A stretch of DNA of 63,109 nucleotides, counting the filler, from Chiloscyllium plagiosum (Eukaryota): assembly GCF_004010195.1 (NCBI RefSeq). It is 4 parts of one record of this genome, joined end to end, with 100 filler letters (N's around TTAATTAATTAA, not from the genome) between each part and the next. Parts side by side here need not be neighbours in the genome. Positions count along the whole stretch, not along the records: positions 18,893 to 43,948 come from NC_057714.1; 3 more parts are not named here. The stretch is one strand, 5' to 3'. The translations under genes and the position numbers were made by a program. Of the stretch, positions 25,078 to 37,280 are shown piece after piece. Under the pieces are notes generated by a model. That model was not told the origin of the DNA, ran no database searches, and was given only the letters and a program-made list of their open reading frames with translations. The number at the start of each line of letters is the position of its first letter. Position 1 is the first letter of the stretch.

Positions 25078-26189
25078 CTAGCCTCCAAAGGGATCACAAC
25101 AGCTGGTCATTGCACTATATTCTATCCAGTTTTGTTCACCATTTCTCTGATAATGATGTAGATGAATAGCAAGTCTTGGAAAACATCTAGACTTAGGCTG
25201 ATAAGCAGAGAGTATTACAATGCCAATGTCACTGAAAACATTTTTAAAAAGATAGATTTTCAAGCAACTAATACATAGAACTGAAGGACAAGGCTAGACA
25301 TTTAAAAGATTTTACAGTATACATTCTAACAAAGCTGTCTCTAAAATTGTCTGTGGAAATAGAAATAGCCATTTTGTCTTTCCTGTGAATACAACACAAA
25401 GAAACCTGAAATCTTCTTTGTTTAAATGATGGAAAATTGCAGGGTATCCATTTCATGACTGCCGAGATCTCTCTCGTATAAGCCCCTTGTTTGTTACAAT
25501 TCCAGTAAAGTCTGCAACTTTTATAAAAAGATGAATTTCCCCAGCAACTGGCAGGAGGAACCAAAGAGAAAAAGCTTTTAAGAATTGTTCTTTACCAGAA
25601 ATGTAAAAATTAATAGTGATCAAACATTACTGAGTGACAACTAATACATTAATCTAAATAAAGCATGTTTTTCCATTCACAAAATTTGTTTCATTGTCCA
25701 CCATACTTTGGGGAGATCTGTAGCATTACAAGATCAGTTTCACAGTCACTCCCAACTCTGCAATGAGATTTCATTTCTCCCTACCACACCAACTTCCAGT
25801 TCAAACACCAGCTGTCTTTTTAACATCTTTTCACAATAGAAAAAGTACCACCCCACTCCATGGGTTCTGTTCAAGCTTCTCCTCTTATGACAACCAGATC
25901 ATATGGGTATGTCTCTGAGATGAAGTGTTTATCTAGAATTCCATGCTTCGTTTTGAGTCAAAAGTATGTTTCATAAGAAAAGTAATATTTACCTCTCAAA
26001 TGCCAGACAATAACCATCTCCAATAAAGAAAGCAGCATAACTATCTTCTTGACATTCAACAGCATTATCATCAGCAAATCCAGAAGAATGAATGTCCGAA
26101 TGATTTTATTGATCAGAAAACTTAACGGGACTAGATGCATCAATGTCATGACTTGTGCCAAATGACTCACCTTAGCCCAAATACCTAGA

Positions 26190-27232
26190 ATTATAGAGAC
26201 AAATACCAGGGAAACAAACCCTTTTGTCCAAATCATCCATGCCGACCAGATATCCAACCCAATCTAGTCGCATTTGACAGCACTTGACCCATATCCCTCT
26301 TAACCATTCCTATTCATGTACCCATCCAGATGCCTTTTAAATGCTGCAATTGTACCAGCCTCCACCACTTCCTCTGGCAGCTCATTCCATATACGTACCA
26401 CCCCCTGAGTGAAAACGTTGCCCCCTAGATCCCTTTCATATCTTTCCCCTCTCGCCCTAAACTTTTGCCTTGTCGTTTTGGACTCCCCCACTACAGGGAA
26501 AAGATCTTGTCTATTTATTCTATCCATGTCCCTCATGATTTTATAAACCTCTATAAGGTCACTCCGCAGCCTCCGACACTCCAGGGAAAACAGCCCCAGC
26601 CTATTCATCTTTTCCTTATAGCTCAAACGCTCCAACCCTATAAACATCCTTGTAAATCTTTTCTGAACCCTTTCAAGTCTCACAACATCCTTCCGATAGG
26701 AAGGAGACCAGAATTGCATGCAATATTCCAACAGTGGCCTAACCAATATCCAGTACAGCTGCAACATGACATTCCAACTCCTGTACTCAATACTCTGACC
26801 AATAAAGGAAAGCATATCAAACACCTTCTTCACTATCCTATCTACCTGCAACTCTACTTTCAAGGAACTATGAACCTGCACTCCAATGTCTCTTTGTTCA
26901 GCAACACTGCCCAGGACCTTACCATTAAGTGTATAAGTCCTGCTCCGATTTGCTTTTCCAAAATGCAGCACCTCACATTTATCTAAATTAAACTCCATCT
27001 GTCACCCAGCAGCCCATTAGCCCATCTGATCAAAATCCTGCTGTAAAATGACCTTCGCTGTCCACCAAATCTCCAATTTTGGCGTCATTTGGAAAGTTAC
27101 TAACTATACCTCCTATGTTCACATCGAAATCATCTATATAAATGATGAAAAGCAGCGGAACCAGCATCAATCCTTGTGGCACACCACTGATCCCAGGCTT
27201 CCAGTCTGAAAAGCAACCTGTTCACCACTACT
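26190..27232 (-). mobile_element. CR1 LINE 3' portion
   Basis: 232-aa ORF 26300-26998 with CR1 C-terminal motifs. Confidence 0.92.
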
Positions 27233-27591
27233 TCACAACATTCAGATGATCCAAAACTACACTGCACAAAGCTATACACTTGAATTGCAAACCACTCCCC
27301 CTCGTTAAACCACCTAAAATTCCATAAAGCTTTCTTCTCCACCCTCCATTATTTTTCCTTCTCATACCACATTCCTATTCACTCCCTTGTTCTTTATGCT
27401 TTCTGCTCTTGACTCAATTTCTGTCAATCCATCCTGTGAGTCTCCTTTCCATTCATCATTCTCCCACCCACCTCGCTCTGCCTTTGTATCACTTGCCCCT
27501 CTTCCCTTTCGGCACACTATGTCTTCCACAGTCCAAAGTATCAAACAAAGTCCCTCTCTTCATAATCATGTCTCTTTCCCTCACACACTTT

Positions 27592-30515
27592 CCCCTCATT
27601 CCCTCGCTCCAAACTCCCTCTCTGTCTTCCCTCCCCTCATTCCCTCGCTCCAAACTCCCTCTCTGTCTTCCCTCCCCTCATTCCCTCGCTCCAAACTCCC
27701 TCTCTGTCTTCCCTCCCCTCATTCCCTCGCTCCAAACTCCCTCTCTGTCTTCCCTCCCCTCATTCCCTCGCTCCAAACTCCCTCTCTGTCTTCCCTCCCC
27801 TCATTCCCTCGCTCCAAACTCCCTCTCTGTCTTCCCTCCCCTCATTCCCTCGCTCCAAACTCCCTCTCTGTCTTCCCTCCCCTCATTCCCTCGCTCCAAA
27901 CTCCCTCTCTGTCTTCCCTCCCCTCATTCCCTCGCTCCAAACTCCCTCTCTGTCTTCCCTCCCCTCATTCCCTCGCTCCAAACTCCCTCTCTGTCTTCCC
28001 TCCCCTCATTCCCTCGCTCCAAACTCCCTCTCTGTCTTCCCTCCCCTCATTCCCTCGCTCCAAACTCCCTCTCTGTCTTCCCTCCCCTCATTCCCTCGCT
28101 CCAAACTCCCTCTCTGTCTTCCCTCCCCTCATTCCCTCGCTCCAAACTCCCTCTCTGTCTTCCCTCCCCTCATTCCCTCGCTCCAAACTCCCTCTCTGTC
28201 TTCCCTCCCCTCATTCCCTCGCTCCAAACTCCCTCTCTGTCTTCCCTCCCCTCATTCCCTCGCTCCAAACTCCCTCTCTGTCTTCCCTCCCCTCATTCCC
28301 TCGCTCCAAACTCCCTCTCTGTCTTCCCTCCCCTCATTCCCTCGCTCCAAACTCCCTCTCTGTCTTCCCTCCCCTCATTCCCTCGCTCCAAACTCCCTCT
28401 CTGTCTTCCCTCCCCTCATTCCCTCGCTCCAAACTCCCTCTCTGTCTTCCCTCCCCTCATTCCCTCGCTCCAAACTCCCTCTCTGTCTTCCCTCCCCTCA
28501 TTCCCTCGCTCCAAACTCCCTCTCTGTCTTCCCTCCCCTCATTCCCTCGCTCCAAACTCCCTCTCTGTCTTCCCTCCCCTCATTCCCTCGCTCCAAACTC
28601 CCTCTCTGTCTTCCCTCCCCTCATTCCCTCGCTCCAAACTCCCTCTCTGTCTTCCCTCCCCTCATTCCCTCGCTCCAAACTCCCTCTCTGTCTTCCCTCC
28701 CCTCATTCCCTCGCTCCAAACTCCCTCTCTGTCTTCCCTCCCCTCATTCCCTCGCTCCAAACTCCCTCTCTGTCTTCCCTCCCCTCATTCCCTCGCTCCA
28801 AACTCCCTCTCTGTCTTCCCTCCCCTCATTCCCTCGCTCCAAACTCCCTCTCTGTCTTCCCTCCCCTCATTCCCTCGCTCCAAACTCCCTCTCTGTCTTC
28901 CCTCCCCTCATTCCCTCGCTCCAAACTCCCTCTCTGTCTTCCCTCCCCTCATTCCCTCGCTCCAAACTCCCTCTCTGTCTTCCCTCCCCTCATTCCCTCG
29001 CTCCAAACTCCCTCTCTGTCTTCCCTCCCCTCATTCCCTCGCTCCAAACTCCCTCTCTGTCTTCCCTCCCCTCATTCCCTCGCTCCAAACTCCCTCTCTG
29101 TCTTCCCTCCCCTCATTCCCTCGCTCCAAACTCCCTCTCTGTCTTCCCTCCCCTCATTCCCTCGCTCCAAACTCCCTCTCTGTCTTCCCTCCCCTCATTC
29201 CCTCGCTCCAAACTCCCTCTCTGTCTTCCCTCCCCTCATTCCCTCGCTCCAAACTCCCTCTCTGTCTTCCCTCCCCTCATTCCCTCGCTCCAAACTCCCT
29301 CTCTGTCTTCCCTCCCCTCATTCCCTCGCTCCAAACTCCCTCTCTGTCTTCCCTCCCCTCATTCCCTCGCTCCAAACTCCCTCTCTGTCTTCCCTCCCCT
29401 CATTCCCTCGCTCCAAACTCCCTCTCTGTCTTCCCTCCCCTCATTCCCTCGCTCCAAACTCCCTCTCTGTCTTCCCTCCCCTCATTCCCTCGCTCCAAAC
29501 TCCCTCTCTGTCTTCCCTCCCCTCATTCCCTCGCTCCAAACTCCCTCTCTGTCTTCCCTCCCCTCATTCCCTCGCTCCAAACTCCCTCTCTGTCTTCCCT
29601 CCCCTCATTCCCTCGCTCCAAACTCCCTCTCTGTCTTCCCTCCCCTCATTCCCTCGCTCCAAACTCCCTCTCTGTCTTCCCTCCCCTCATTCCCTCGCTC
29701 CAAACTCCCTCTCTGTCTTCCCTCCCCTCATTCCCTCGCTCCAAACTCCCTCTCTGTCTTCCCTCCCCTCATTCCCTCGCTCCAAACTCCCTCTCTGTCT
29801 TCCCTCCCCTCATTCCCTCGCTCCAAACTCCCTCTCTGTCTTCCCTCCCCTCATTCCCTCGCTCCAAACTCCCTCTCTGTCTTCCCTCCCCTCATTCCCT
29901 CGCTCCAAACTCCCTCTCTGTCTTCCCTCCCCTCATTCCCTCGCTCCAAACTCCCTCTCTGTCTTCCCTCCCCTCATTCCCTCGCTCCAAACTCCCTCTC
30001 TGTCTTCCCTCCCCTCATTCCCTCGCTCCAAACTCCCTCTCTGTCTTCCCTCCCCTCATTCCCTCGCTCCAAACTCCCTCTCTGTCTTCCCTCCCCTCAT
30101 TCCCTCGCTCCAAACTCCCTCTCTGTCTTCCCTCCCCTCATTCCCTCGCTCCAAACTCCCTCTCTGTCTTCCCTCCCCTCATTCCCTCGCTCCAAACTCC
30201 CTCTCTGTCTTCCCTCCCCTCATTCCCTCGCTCCAAACTCCCTCTCTCTCTGTTCTCCCTCCCCTCATTCCCTTGCTTCACACTCCCTCTCTCTGTCCTC
30301 CCTCCCCTCATTCCCTCGCTCCAAACTCCTCTCTCTGTCCTCCCTCCCCTCATTCCCTCGCTCCACACTCCGTCTCTCTGTGTCCTCCCTCTCCTCTTTC
30401 CTCGCTCCAAACTCACTCTCTCTATCCTCCCTCCCCTCATTCCCTCGCTCCACCCTTCCCTCTCTCTCTGTCCTCCCTCTCCTCAATCCCTCGCTCCAAA
30501 CTCCCCCTATCTCTC
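27592..30515. repeat. 41-bp minisatellite (CCCTCGCTCCAAACTCCCTCTCTGTCTTCCCTCCCCTCATT), ~64 identical units to ~30245, then degenerate units
   Basis: Unit starts at 27601 and recurs in register at 30061 (60 x 41); the 41-aa ORF repeat equals three units. Confidence 0.98.
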
Positions 30516-30593
30516 TGTGGATCGCCCTCTCCCTGGAGTCTTGTGGAGGGTCCGGACCCTCTGACGGAACCAGCGGACCTGCCTGACACTCAC

Positions 30594-30670
30594 TTGAGGC
30601 GTTGGCGGGGCGGAGGCTGGGGCCGGGGCAGCAGGTTGTAGATACACTCACTCGGAGCCTCATCGTCCAT
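30594..30670 (-). CDS. ENKUR: Enkurin coding exon 1 (77 nt; MDDEAPSECIYNLLPRPQPPPRQRL)
   Basis: ATG at 30670-30668; SECIYNL motif and proline-rich stretch match the enkurin N-terminus; donor AA|GTGAGT; phase 2 fits exon 2. Confidence 0.95.
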
Positions 30671-30726
30671 CGCGGAGCTCCGATCGACCGTTTGAAACCG
30701 TTGGAACGAGCGAGCCCACCGGTCTC

Positions 30727-30753
30727 GTTGTCATGGCGACCGTTACCAACAAC
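30727..30753. promoter_or_regulatory. Tandem RFX X-box-like motifs (GTTGTCATGGCGAC; GTTACCAACAAC)
   Basis: First motif is 12/14 identical to palindromic GTTGCCATGGCAAC; 57-83 bp upstream of the ATG of a ciliary gene. Confidence 0.75.
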
Positions 30754-31039
30754 ACGCGGAGGCTCCCTAACGTCATTTCCGCCCAGCTGCCGTCTCTGTG
30801 ATTGGTCAAAACACTGACCAAACCCTGCCCTCCCACTATCTGTCGAAGGGAGATCGCAGAAAGGGAGTGTAGATAGATAGTAGATGTTGGCTGTGATGAA
30901 TTGGGAAATATTAATGAAAAGCTTGACAGCGAACACATAAAGAGTGAATGGTTGAACTACAAAAACGTTTTTTCCTGTGTTGGTGCAAGAGTGCAAAGAG
31001 AGCTGTGGCCAAACAAGAGTTAGGATGTAAGTTAGCTAT

Positions 31040-34000
31040 AATATTAAATGTAAAACAAAAAGACATACACATTTAACAAGACAAATATAATAGACCTGAG
31101 GATTGGGAACATTTTGGAAGTCAGCAAAGAAGGGCCAAAGAATTGATTAAGAATTGGGAAATAGAGTATGAGGGTAAGCTTGCAGGAACATAACTTTCAA
31201 AGTTCTATAAGTATGCAAAGAAAACTGTTGTAACTCCCTTTCAGTCAGAAACAAGGGCAATTTATCATGGGGGCGGGAGCAAAGAAAAGGCTGACAACCT
31301 AAATTCATACTTTCTTTCTGTCTTCACATAGGTTTAAGGTGAGAGGGGAACGAGATAAGAACTTAAGAAATAGGAGTAGGAGTAGGCCATTTGACCTTTG
31401 TGTGGACTCAGCTCCACTTATGTGCCTGCTCATCGTAACCCTTGATTTCTTTACTGTTCAAATATTTACCTTCAGTTTAAAAACATTCAATGAGGTAGTC
31501 TCAACTGCTTCACTGGACAGGGAATTCCATAGATTCACAGCCCTTTGGGTGAAGAAGTTTCTCTTTAACTCAGTCCTAAATTTGCTCCCCTTATTTTGAT
31601 GCTATGTGCCCTCGTTTGCTTTCACCCGCCAGTGGAAACATCCTCCCTGCTGGTATCTTATGCATTCCCTTCATCATTTTATATGTTTTTATAAGATCCC
31701 TCTCCATTTTTCTGAATTCCAATGTATTTAATCCCAGTTGACTCAATCTCTCCCTGTGAGTCAACTCTTCAACCTTGGAATCAACCTAGTGAGCCTCCTC
31801 TGCTCCCACTCCAGTGCCAGTACATCCTTTCTGAAGTAAGGAGACTGCACCTGGACACAATACTCCACATGTGGCCTCTGCAGTACCCTATACAGATGCA
31901 GCATAACCTCCCTGTATTTAAACTCCATCCTTCTAGCAATGAAGGACAATATTCCATTTACCTTCTTAATGAACTGCTGCACCTGCAAACCATCTATTTG
32001 TGATTCATACACAAGGACACCCATGTCCCTCTGCACAACAGGATGCTACAATTCACTATTTAAATGATAGTTATTCCTACCAAAATGGACAAACTCACAT
32101 GTACCAATATTGTACTCCAACTGCCAGACACTTGCTCACTCATTTAACCTATCAATGTTGCTCCACACACTTTCAGTGTCCTCTGCACACTTTGCTCTAC
32201 CACTCTTATCTTAGTGTTATCTGATAACTTTGACAAACTATATTTGGTCCCCAACTCCAAGTCACTTATGCAAATTGTAAACAATTGCATTCCCAACACT
32301 GATATCCGAGGCACCACACTAGCCACTGATTGCCAACCAGAAAAACACCCATTTATCCCCACTCTTTGCTTTCTCTTAGTTAACCAATCCTCTATCCATG
32401 CTAATACATTAGCCATAATGGAATGCACCTTTATTGTATGTGTTTGTAATGTCCTCAAAGAATTTCAGTAAATTAATTAAACATGACTTGCCTTTCATGA
32501 ACACATGCTACGACTGCCCAAAGGATCAATTTCTATCCAGATGTCTCACTCTTTCTTCCTTGATTATTGATTCAAGCATTTCCCCCACAACAGAAGTTAA
32601 GCTAATGGGCCTACAGTTATTCGCCTTTTGTCCACCTCCTTCTTAAACAGTGGTGTCAATTTGTTGTTTTCCAGTCTGCTGAAACCACTTTAGAGTCCAG
32701 CAAATTTTCGTAAATTACAGGAGTGTATTTGCTATTTACCCTGCCATCTCTTTTAATACCCTGGGAAGCATTCAATCAGGACCAGGAGACTTGTCTACGC
32801 TTTAGTGATAATGATTATTTCTAGGTCATTACCTGCCATAGCCTCCTTGTCATCGATTATTGGCATGTTATTTGTGTCTTCCCCTATGAAGACTGACACA
32901 AAAAGCCTGTTCAATGCCTCAGACATTTCCTCATTTCCCATTACTCCCCTTTCATCCTTCATTCTTGATCATCCCTCAAAGGATCAATATTTACCTTAGC
33001 CACTCTTTTTCATTTTATATATGTGTAGAAACTTTTGCTATCTGTTTTTATATTCTCAGCTAGTTTGCTGTTATCATCTACTTATTTTTCTTTGTAATTC
33101 TTTTGTGGCTTTCTATTGACTTTTAAATTTTTCCCAATCCTCTAGTTTCCCACTAATCTTTGCCATTGTATGCATTAGCTTTAAATTTGATACCATCCTT
33201 TAGTTCCTTAAATATCCATGGATGATTATCCCTTTTCATTCATTCCTTCCTTTTCACTAGTATGTCCTTTCGCTGAACAATGTTAAAAATCACTTTGAAA
33301 GTCATCTACTGTTCCTCAATTGTTCCGCCAAATAAGTCTTTGCTCCTAGTCTATCTTAGCCAACTCCTCCCTCATCCCATTGTAGTCTCCTTTGTTTAAG
33401 CACAAGTTTTGGATTTTACCTTCTCACCCTCCATCTGTACTTTAAATTCAGCCTTACTGTGATGGCTCCTTCTGAGAAGATCCCCAACTATGAGATCATT
33501 CATTATTCCTATTTCATTACACAGGACCAGATTTAGGTTAGCTTGCTCCCGCGCAGGTTCCATTACATCCTGTTCGAGGGAACTATAGCAGGTACATTCC
33601 ATGAACTACTCCTCAAGGCTGCCTTGACTGACTTGATTTGACCAATCAATATGTAGATTAAAGTCCCCCATGATAATTGCTGTACCATCAGTTATTTCTT
33701 TGTTTATTGCTAACCCCACCATGATGTTATTATTTGGTGGCCTATAGACTACACCTATCAGTGACTTTTCCACTCTACTATTTCTAATTTTCACCCATCT
33801 TACCGCCCTGATGTTATCCTGAAATATCAGAGCTACACCATCTCCCATTCCTTCCTGTCCGTCCTTCCAAATAGTCTGATACCCCTGATATTTAACTCCC
33901 AATCGTGACCACCCTCAACTACATCTCTGTACTGGCCACTAAATGATACCCATTTGCAATGATCTGTGCCATCAACTCATTTATCTTGTTTCGAATGCCA

Positions 34001-36245
34001 TGGGCATTCAGGTAAAGTGCCCTTATATTAGTTTTTATACCTTTTTGAATCCTAAAACCTCCACCAGAAGAACCTTTGTTTTTAAGCATTTTCTCTTTTT
34101 CTGTCTCTACCTGGTTTCTACTCATCTTAGTGCTACACTGCTCAGCTGCTTCTTGTATTTTTATTTACTATTTTGGTTCTTCTCGTCCTTAAGCCCTCAC
34201 CTATTCTAGCTAACTTAGAGCCTCCCCTTAAGTTCCCATCCCGCCGCCAAGCTAGTTAAAGTCCACCCAACGATGCTAGCAAAACCACCCGCAAGAATAT
34301 TGGTCCCTTCACTATTTGGGATTGGTCCTGTCACTTTTAAAAGGGATCTGAGAGGCAACTTTTTCACAAAAAGTGTGGGGCTTGTGTGGAATGAGCAGCC
34401 AGAGAAAGTGGTAGAGGCAGGTACAGTTACAACATTTAAAAGACATTTGGATAAGTACATGAATAGAAAAGGTTTGGAGGGTTATGGGCCAAATTCAGCC
34501 AACTGGGACTAGTTCAGTTTAGGCTACCTGGTCAACATTGACAAGTTGGACTGAAGGGTCTGTTTCCATGCTAGATGGTTCTATGAATCTATGACATGAA
34601 TAACATATGATAAGTAATAGGAAACACTGGGTTTAGTGTGAGAGAGGAAATGAAGCAAATCTGTATTAGTAGAGAAATGGTTCTGGAGAAATCAATGGGA
34701 TTGAAGGCTGATAAATCCCCAGGCATGATAATCTACATCCCAGAGTGTTTAAGGAAGTAGCTTAGAAATAGTGGATTCATTGGTGGTTATCTTTCAAGAT
34801 TCTTTAGACTCTGGAATAGTTTATACAGATTAGAAGCTAGTTAATGTAACCCCACTATTTAAAAAGGGAGGTAGAGAGGAAACAGGAAATTATAGACCAG
34901 TCAGTCTAACTTCAGCAGTAGAAAAGATGCAAGAGTCCGTTGTCAAGGATTTTATAATAATGCACTAAGAAAACTCTGTTAGATTCAGACAAGTCAGCAT
35001 GGATTTACAAAAAAGAAAGCATGCTTGGCAAATCCACTGGAATTATTTGAGGATATAAATAGTAGAATTGATTGGGAGAGCCAGTGGATATGGTTTATTT
35101 GGACTTTCAGATGGCTTTCACCAAAATTCCACGAAAGAGATTAATGTGTATTACTAAAGCTCATGGAATTGGGGCATAGTGTATGAAAATGGATAGAAAA
35201 TTGGCTGGCAGACAGGAAACAGAGTAAGAAGAAAATGAGTCATTTTCTAGATGGGAGGCAGTGAATAGTGGGGTACCACAGGAGCAGTACTCTACCCCAG
35301 CTATTCACAATATATGGTAATAATTTAGATGACGCAATTAAATGTAATATCTCAAATTTTGCACATGACACTAAGCTGAGTGGAATTGTGAGCTGTGAGG
35401 AGAATGTAGAGATGCTGCAGTGTGATTTGGACAGGCTGAATAAGCGGGCAAATGCTTGGCAGATGCAGTATAATGTGGATAATTGTGAGGTTATCCGCTT
35501 GGTAGCAAAAAATGGAAAGACAGATTATTATTTGAATGACTATAATTTGAGAAAGGGTAGATGCAACAAGACCTAGGATTCCTCATGCACCAGTCTCTCA
35601 AAGTAAGTGTACAGGTACAGCATGCAGTACAGAGGGTAAACTGTATGTTGGCTTCCATAATGAGAGGAGTCGAGTGCAGGAACAAAGATGTCTTGCTGCA
35701 ATTATATACGGCATTGGTGAGGTCACACCTGGAATAACATGCAGTTTCCATCTCTTTACCTGAAGAAGGAATCTCTTGTGATAGTGAAGATTTTACCAAA
35801 TTGGTCCCTAGGATGGAAGGACTGACATTTGAGGAGAGACTGGGCCAATTAAGATTGTATTCACCAGAGTTTAGAAGAATGAGAAGTGGATCTTGTAAAA
35901 ACCTATATAATTCTAATAGAACTTGGCAGATTAGGAAGGATGTTCTCTATGCTTAGGGAGTCCAGTACCAGGGACTATAGTTTAAGGATAACAACCTTTT
36001 TGGAACAAGATAAGGTGAAATTTCTTCACCCAGAGAGTGGTGAGCTTTTGGAATTCACTACCACAGAAAGTGGTTGAGACAAAAACACTGTGTTTTCAAG
36101 GAGATAGATGTAACTCTTGTGGTGAAAGAGAATAGGGTATTGAGCTCAGTAATCAGCCAGGATCATATTGAATGGCAGAGCAGGCCTGAAGAGTTGAGCT
36201 ACTCCTAGTAGCCTACTCCTGCTTCTATCATCTATGTTTATATGT
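31040..36245 (+). mobile_element. Old CR1 split into 31040-31328 and 34593-36245 by nested insertions
   Basis: YF.SVFT remnant at ~31308 continues at 34593 toward KSPG, NYRPVSLT, FAHDTK. Confidence 0.7.
31355..34334 (-). mobile_element. Long decayed CR1 LINE (endonuclease to tail)
   Basis: ORFs 33919-34125 (YLNAHGIRNK), 33606-33902 (VVYRPP, GDFN), 32144-32458, 31761-32036. Confidence 0.88.
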
Positions 36246-36249
36246 TTCA

Positions 36250-36805
36250 GCCCAGTGAACCTGTCCTGCCATTCTGGATCATGGCTGATCATCTTGACAA
36301 CATGTTTTCCTGCACTGTTTGCGTACCCCTTAATGTCATTAGGCTCTGGAAATATATTGATTTCTGTCCATGACAATCTGGGGTAAGAAGTTCCAAAGAT
36401 TCACCATCCTCTGAGTGAAGTAATGCTCCGTCTTCACAGGCCTATTCCTTATCCTGACACTGTGTCCTAGTACTATGATCACCAGCCAGGGGTACATCCT
36501 ATCTATATCCACCTGATCACAGCCTGTTAGATTTTGTAAGTTCCAATGAGATCATCTCTCATTCATCAAAATACTGGGAAATACAGACCCAGTTTTGTAG
36601 ATTTATCTCAAAAGGCAATCTCAGTCATACCAGGACTTATTCTTGTGAAGCTCAATGGAAGCATCTATGGTAAGAATCTCTGTACTTAAATAAGATGACC
36701 TAAACTGTACATAATAATTCAGGTGCATTCTCATCAAGGCCCTATTCAACTTCAATAGGATATCTTCACTTTTGCACTTAAATCCCTTGCAAATGAATGC
36801 CATTG
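36250..36805 (-). mobile_element. Decayed CR1 3' fragment
   Basis: ORF 36621-36803 (LNRALMRMHLNYYVQF). Confidence 0.7.
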
Positions 36806-36965
36806 TATAACTTACTCAGCAGATGTGGACTTGGTAGGTTAGGCCAGCATTTGTTGTCGGCCTCCAGTTGCCCTTAAGAAGGTCGTGGCCTTTCTGAACC
36901 ATAGCAGTCCTTTGGTGTAGGTACGCCCTTATGGGGTGATAGGAATTCCATGATTTTGACTGAAT

Positions 36966-37280
36966 GGCATTGTGGCTCAGTGATTAGCACTGCTGCCTCA
37001 CAGCATCAGGGATCTGGGTCCAATTCTGCCCTCAGCCTACTGTCTGTGTGGAGTTGCACATTCACCATGTGTCTGTGTGGGTTTCTGCCAGCTGCTCCAG
37101 TTTCTTCCCACAGACCAAATATATGCAAGTTAGGTGGATTGCCCATAATTTTCAGGGATGTGTAGGTTAAGTGCATTAGCCATGGGAAATGTAAGGTTAC
37201 AAGGATAGGGGGATTGGTCTGAGTGGGATGCTCTTCAGAGGGTTGTGTGTGGATTTTTTGGGACAATTGGCCTGTCTCCA
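36966..37280 (+). mobile_element. HE1-like SINE inserted in an old minus-strand LINE
   Basis: gtggctcagtgattagcactgctgcctcacag head; gattctatga tail. Confidence 0.85.

Larger units (their letters stand above)
30515..30860. promoter_or_regulatory. CpG-rich ENKUR promoter / first-exon region
   Basis: Only clearly CpG-dense unique stretch in the window; ATTGG (CCAAT on minus) at 30801-30805, TTCCGCCC GC/E2F-like box 30777-30784, CGTCA half-CRE 30771-30775. Confidence 0.8.

Noticed and set aside
27592..30245. CRISPR-like array
   Set aside because: Head-to-tail identical units with no unique spacers; eukaryotic context and no cas genes
27387..30641. 1084-aa and 1051-aa plus-strand ORFs
   Set aside because: Artefact of a stop-free 41-bp unit: all frames give the same repeating 41-aa peptide, there is no ATG-anchored gene structure, and they are antisense to ENKUR intron 1
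30265..30996. 243-aa minus-strand ORF across the promoter
   Set aside because: Different frame from enkurin exon 1 and runs into the minisatellite; explained by GC richness
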